Assembly: GCA_017499595.2 (NCBI GenBank)
Contig: CM039010.1
Span: 992,001 to 1,056,000 of the forward strand
DNA: 64,000 nt
Direction: 5' to 3'
Source: Psilocybe cubensis
Taxonomy: Eukaryota
Positions within the stretch are counted from its first letter, which is position 1. Every line of letters starts with the position of its first letter. A program made the translations under genes and the position numbers. Below the pieces are notes generated by a model that ran no database searches, was not told the DNA's origin, and saw nothing but the letters and a program-made list of their open reading frames with translations. Shown piece after piece: positions 62,524-64,000 of the stretch.

Positions 62524-63999
62524 TTAGGGACCATCGATATTAACAACAACATTTGACGAAAATGAACGCAAATGGTCATAAAAGGTGTCAGCCTCGGTGG
62601 GACTCTTCCCATCCAACCAATGACGATTGTGGCAATGTATATCCAGCTCAAGGCGTTTGGGGACGGAGATATCTGCCTTCGAGCTAGCATCAGCGGTGCT
62701 TGAGGCCTGAATGAGACGTGACCTGGATTCGACCATATCCACAAAGTTTTGCGGGTCGAAAGAAACATCTCCATGAAACCTAAAATTCCTAAGATTGGGG
62801 ACAGTCGATTTTACTCCCGCCGCAGATGACGAATCGGTTTCAGGTGTGAGGAGGTCGATGGATCGATTAGTCAAGGTGGGCCCGAAATCAATATTAATCG
62901 CCTCAAGGTAAGGCAACGCGTTTAGAAGGTCCATAAAATCCTGCTCCACGAAAGATAATGACGGGAAATTGACAATAATGGAGAAGTGCTTGAGCTTGCA
63001 GTTTGAACGTTTCACCATCCGGATTGCATTGGCCACCCAAAGTCCGGGAATGGCTTCTTCCGGTTCCATAATTGAGGACAAATATTGCAAATTTGGTGCA
63101 GTGATATTGCGCATCAATTGACTGAGCCAATAAGATTCCCCCAAGTAGGAGATTCGATCCAACGACGGAAGATTATGAGGGTTTTCCACTATTTGTGAAT
63201 CGATATCGTCGTCATCTGTGTTGTCGGGGCAGTTGAAGTTCAAATAAACGAGAGAGCGACATTGTCGGATAACGTCTAGGAGGGGCTCTACTGCGCACGA
63301 TACATACAGTGAGGTAAGTTGTGACCAGTCCACTGAGATATTTGGGAATTCCAGTGTTTCAGCAACAGAGAGATGGAGTTCTCGAAGCTGAGAGGGGAAA
63401 TTGAGAGGCCATTCAGCGAAGTATTGTGTAGATTCGCCGGTATAAAGTCGCTCTAGTTCCGGAAATTGAAAGGCCACCCCACAGCTATTCATGGTCGATA
63501 TTAAACCATCGAACATGCCATCGTAGATACCCACAGATTTCCATCGATGGCAAGTTTGTAAAATGGTATGATAGAGCGCTGGAGGAGGGGTCCATGTTTT
63601 CTTTACCGAGTCCGGGTGCAAATTGAGCGTCAGAGATATCAAACGACCAGCACTCCTGTCAAGCCATTTTTCAAGGAGTCGGAGCTGATCATCGAACCGT
63701 GAATCTGCCAATGAAATTGTTACATCTTGCCATAAGCGGGATTGAGACCAAGCGATTTCTCTCCAAGCTCTACACGTCCTTCCAATAACGAATTGTACCG
63801 GTAGGCGTGCGTAATCATACCGGTAGCGCCAGTCGTAGGAATGATAAAATATTTCAGATATGACGTCTACCGGAAGAGAAAGGAATGGGGATGAATCGTT
63901 TAAGTGCTCCTTGAGTTTGCGGCCTTCTTCGCGAAGTTCCTCTAGCTGGCGTTCCGCTTCTTTTATCTTGACCTCGTGCGCCAAAACATCTCTTTGAAT
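62524..63999 (-). CDS. Intronless F-box-like protein, 5' end beyond the window
   Basis: Frame is open to the window edge. LPVDVISEIF...IGRTCRAWREIAWSQSRLW and LLEKWLDRSAG. Confidence 0.88.
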   Translation of the reverse strand: MQRDVLAHEVKIKEAERQLEELREEGRKLKEHLNDSSPFLSLPVDVISEIFYHSYDWRYRYDYARLPVQFVIGRTCRAWREIAWSQSRLWQDVTISLADSRFDDQLRLLEKWLDRSAGRLISLTLNLHPDSVKKTWTPPPALYHTILQTCHRWKSVGIYDGMFDGLISTMNSCGVAFQFPELERLYTGESTQYFAEWPLNFPSQLRELHLSVAETLEFPNISVDWSQLTSLYVSCAVEPLLDVIRQCRSLVYLNFNCPDNTDDDDIDSQIVENPHNLPSLDRISYLGESYWLSQLMRNITAPNLQYLSSIMEPEEAIPGLWVANAIRMVKRSNCKLKHFSIIVNFPSLSFVEQDFMDLLNALPYLEAINIDFGPTLTNRSIDLLTPETDSSSAAGVKSTVPNLRNFRFHGDVSFDPQNFVDMVESRSRLIQASSTADASSKADISVPKRLELDIHCHNRHWLDGKSPTEADTFYDHLRSFSSNVVVNIDGP

Positions 64000-64000
64000 C

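Overview
Intron-rich fungal genomic DNA. The ~50-65 nt GT-AG introns with CTRAY branch points and the gene repertoire point to an Agaricomycete basidiomycete. The left half is mostly housekeeping and metabolic genes: a Nudix hydrolase, a heme-thiolate peroxidase, a UBA/UIM/USP-like protein, an F-box/LRR protein, an O-methyltransferase, a TCD/ThiF enzyme and two tandem CMAS-family methyltransferases. The right half holds an array of intronless F-box-like genes (one is a two-stop pseudogene), tandem Dug1-like dipeptidases and a SUZ protein. The most unusual structure is a ~14 kb quasi-palindrome (about 36.8-40.5 kb versus 46.8-50.6 kb) centred on a serine palmitoyltransferase LCB2 gene. Each arm carries what looks like a Pol II gene with a TATA box, at least 8 short introns and no long ORF. 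Its central exons are tandem ~280-300 bp exon+intron modules folding into hairpins with compensatory and G-U substitutions, so it is a candidate spliced, modular, structured lncRNA present in two divergently transcribed copies. Exon boundaries and family assignments were made by eye and by motif recall, without database searches.
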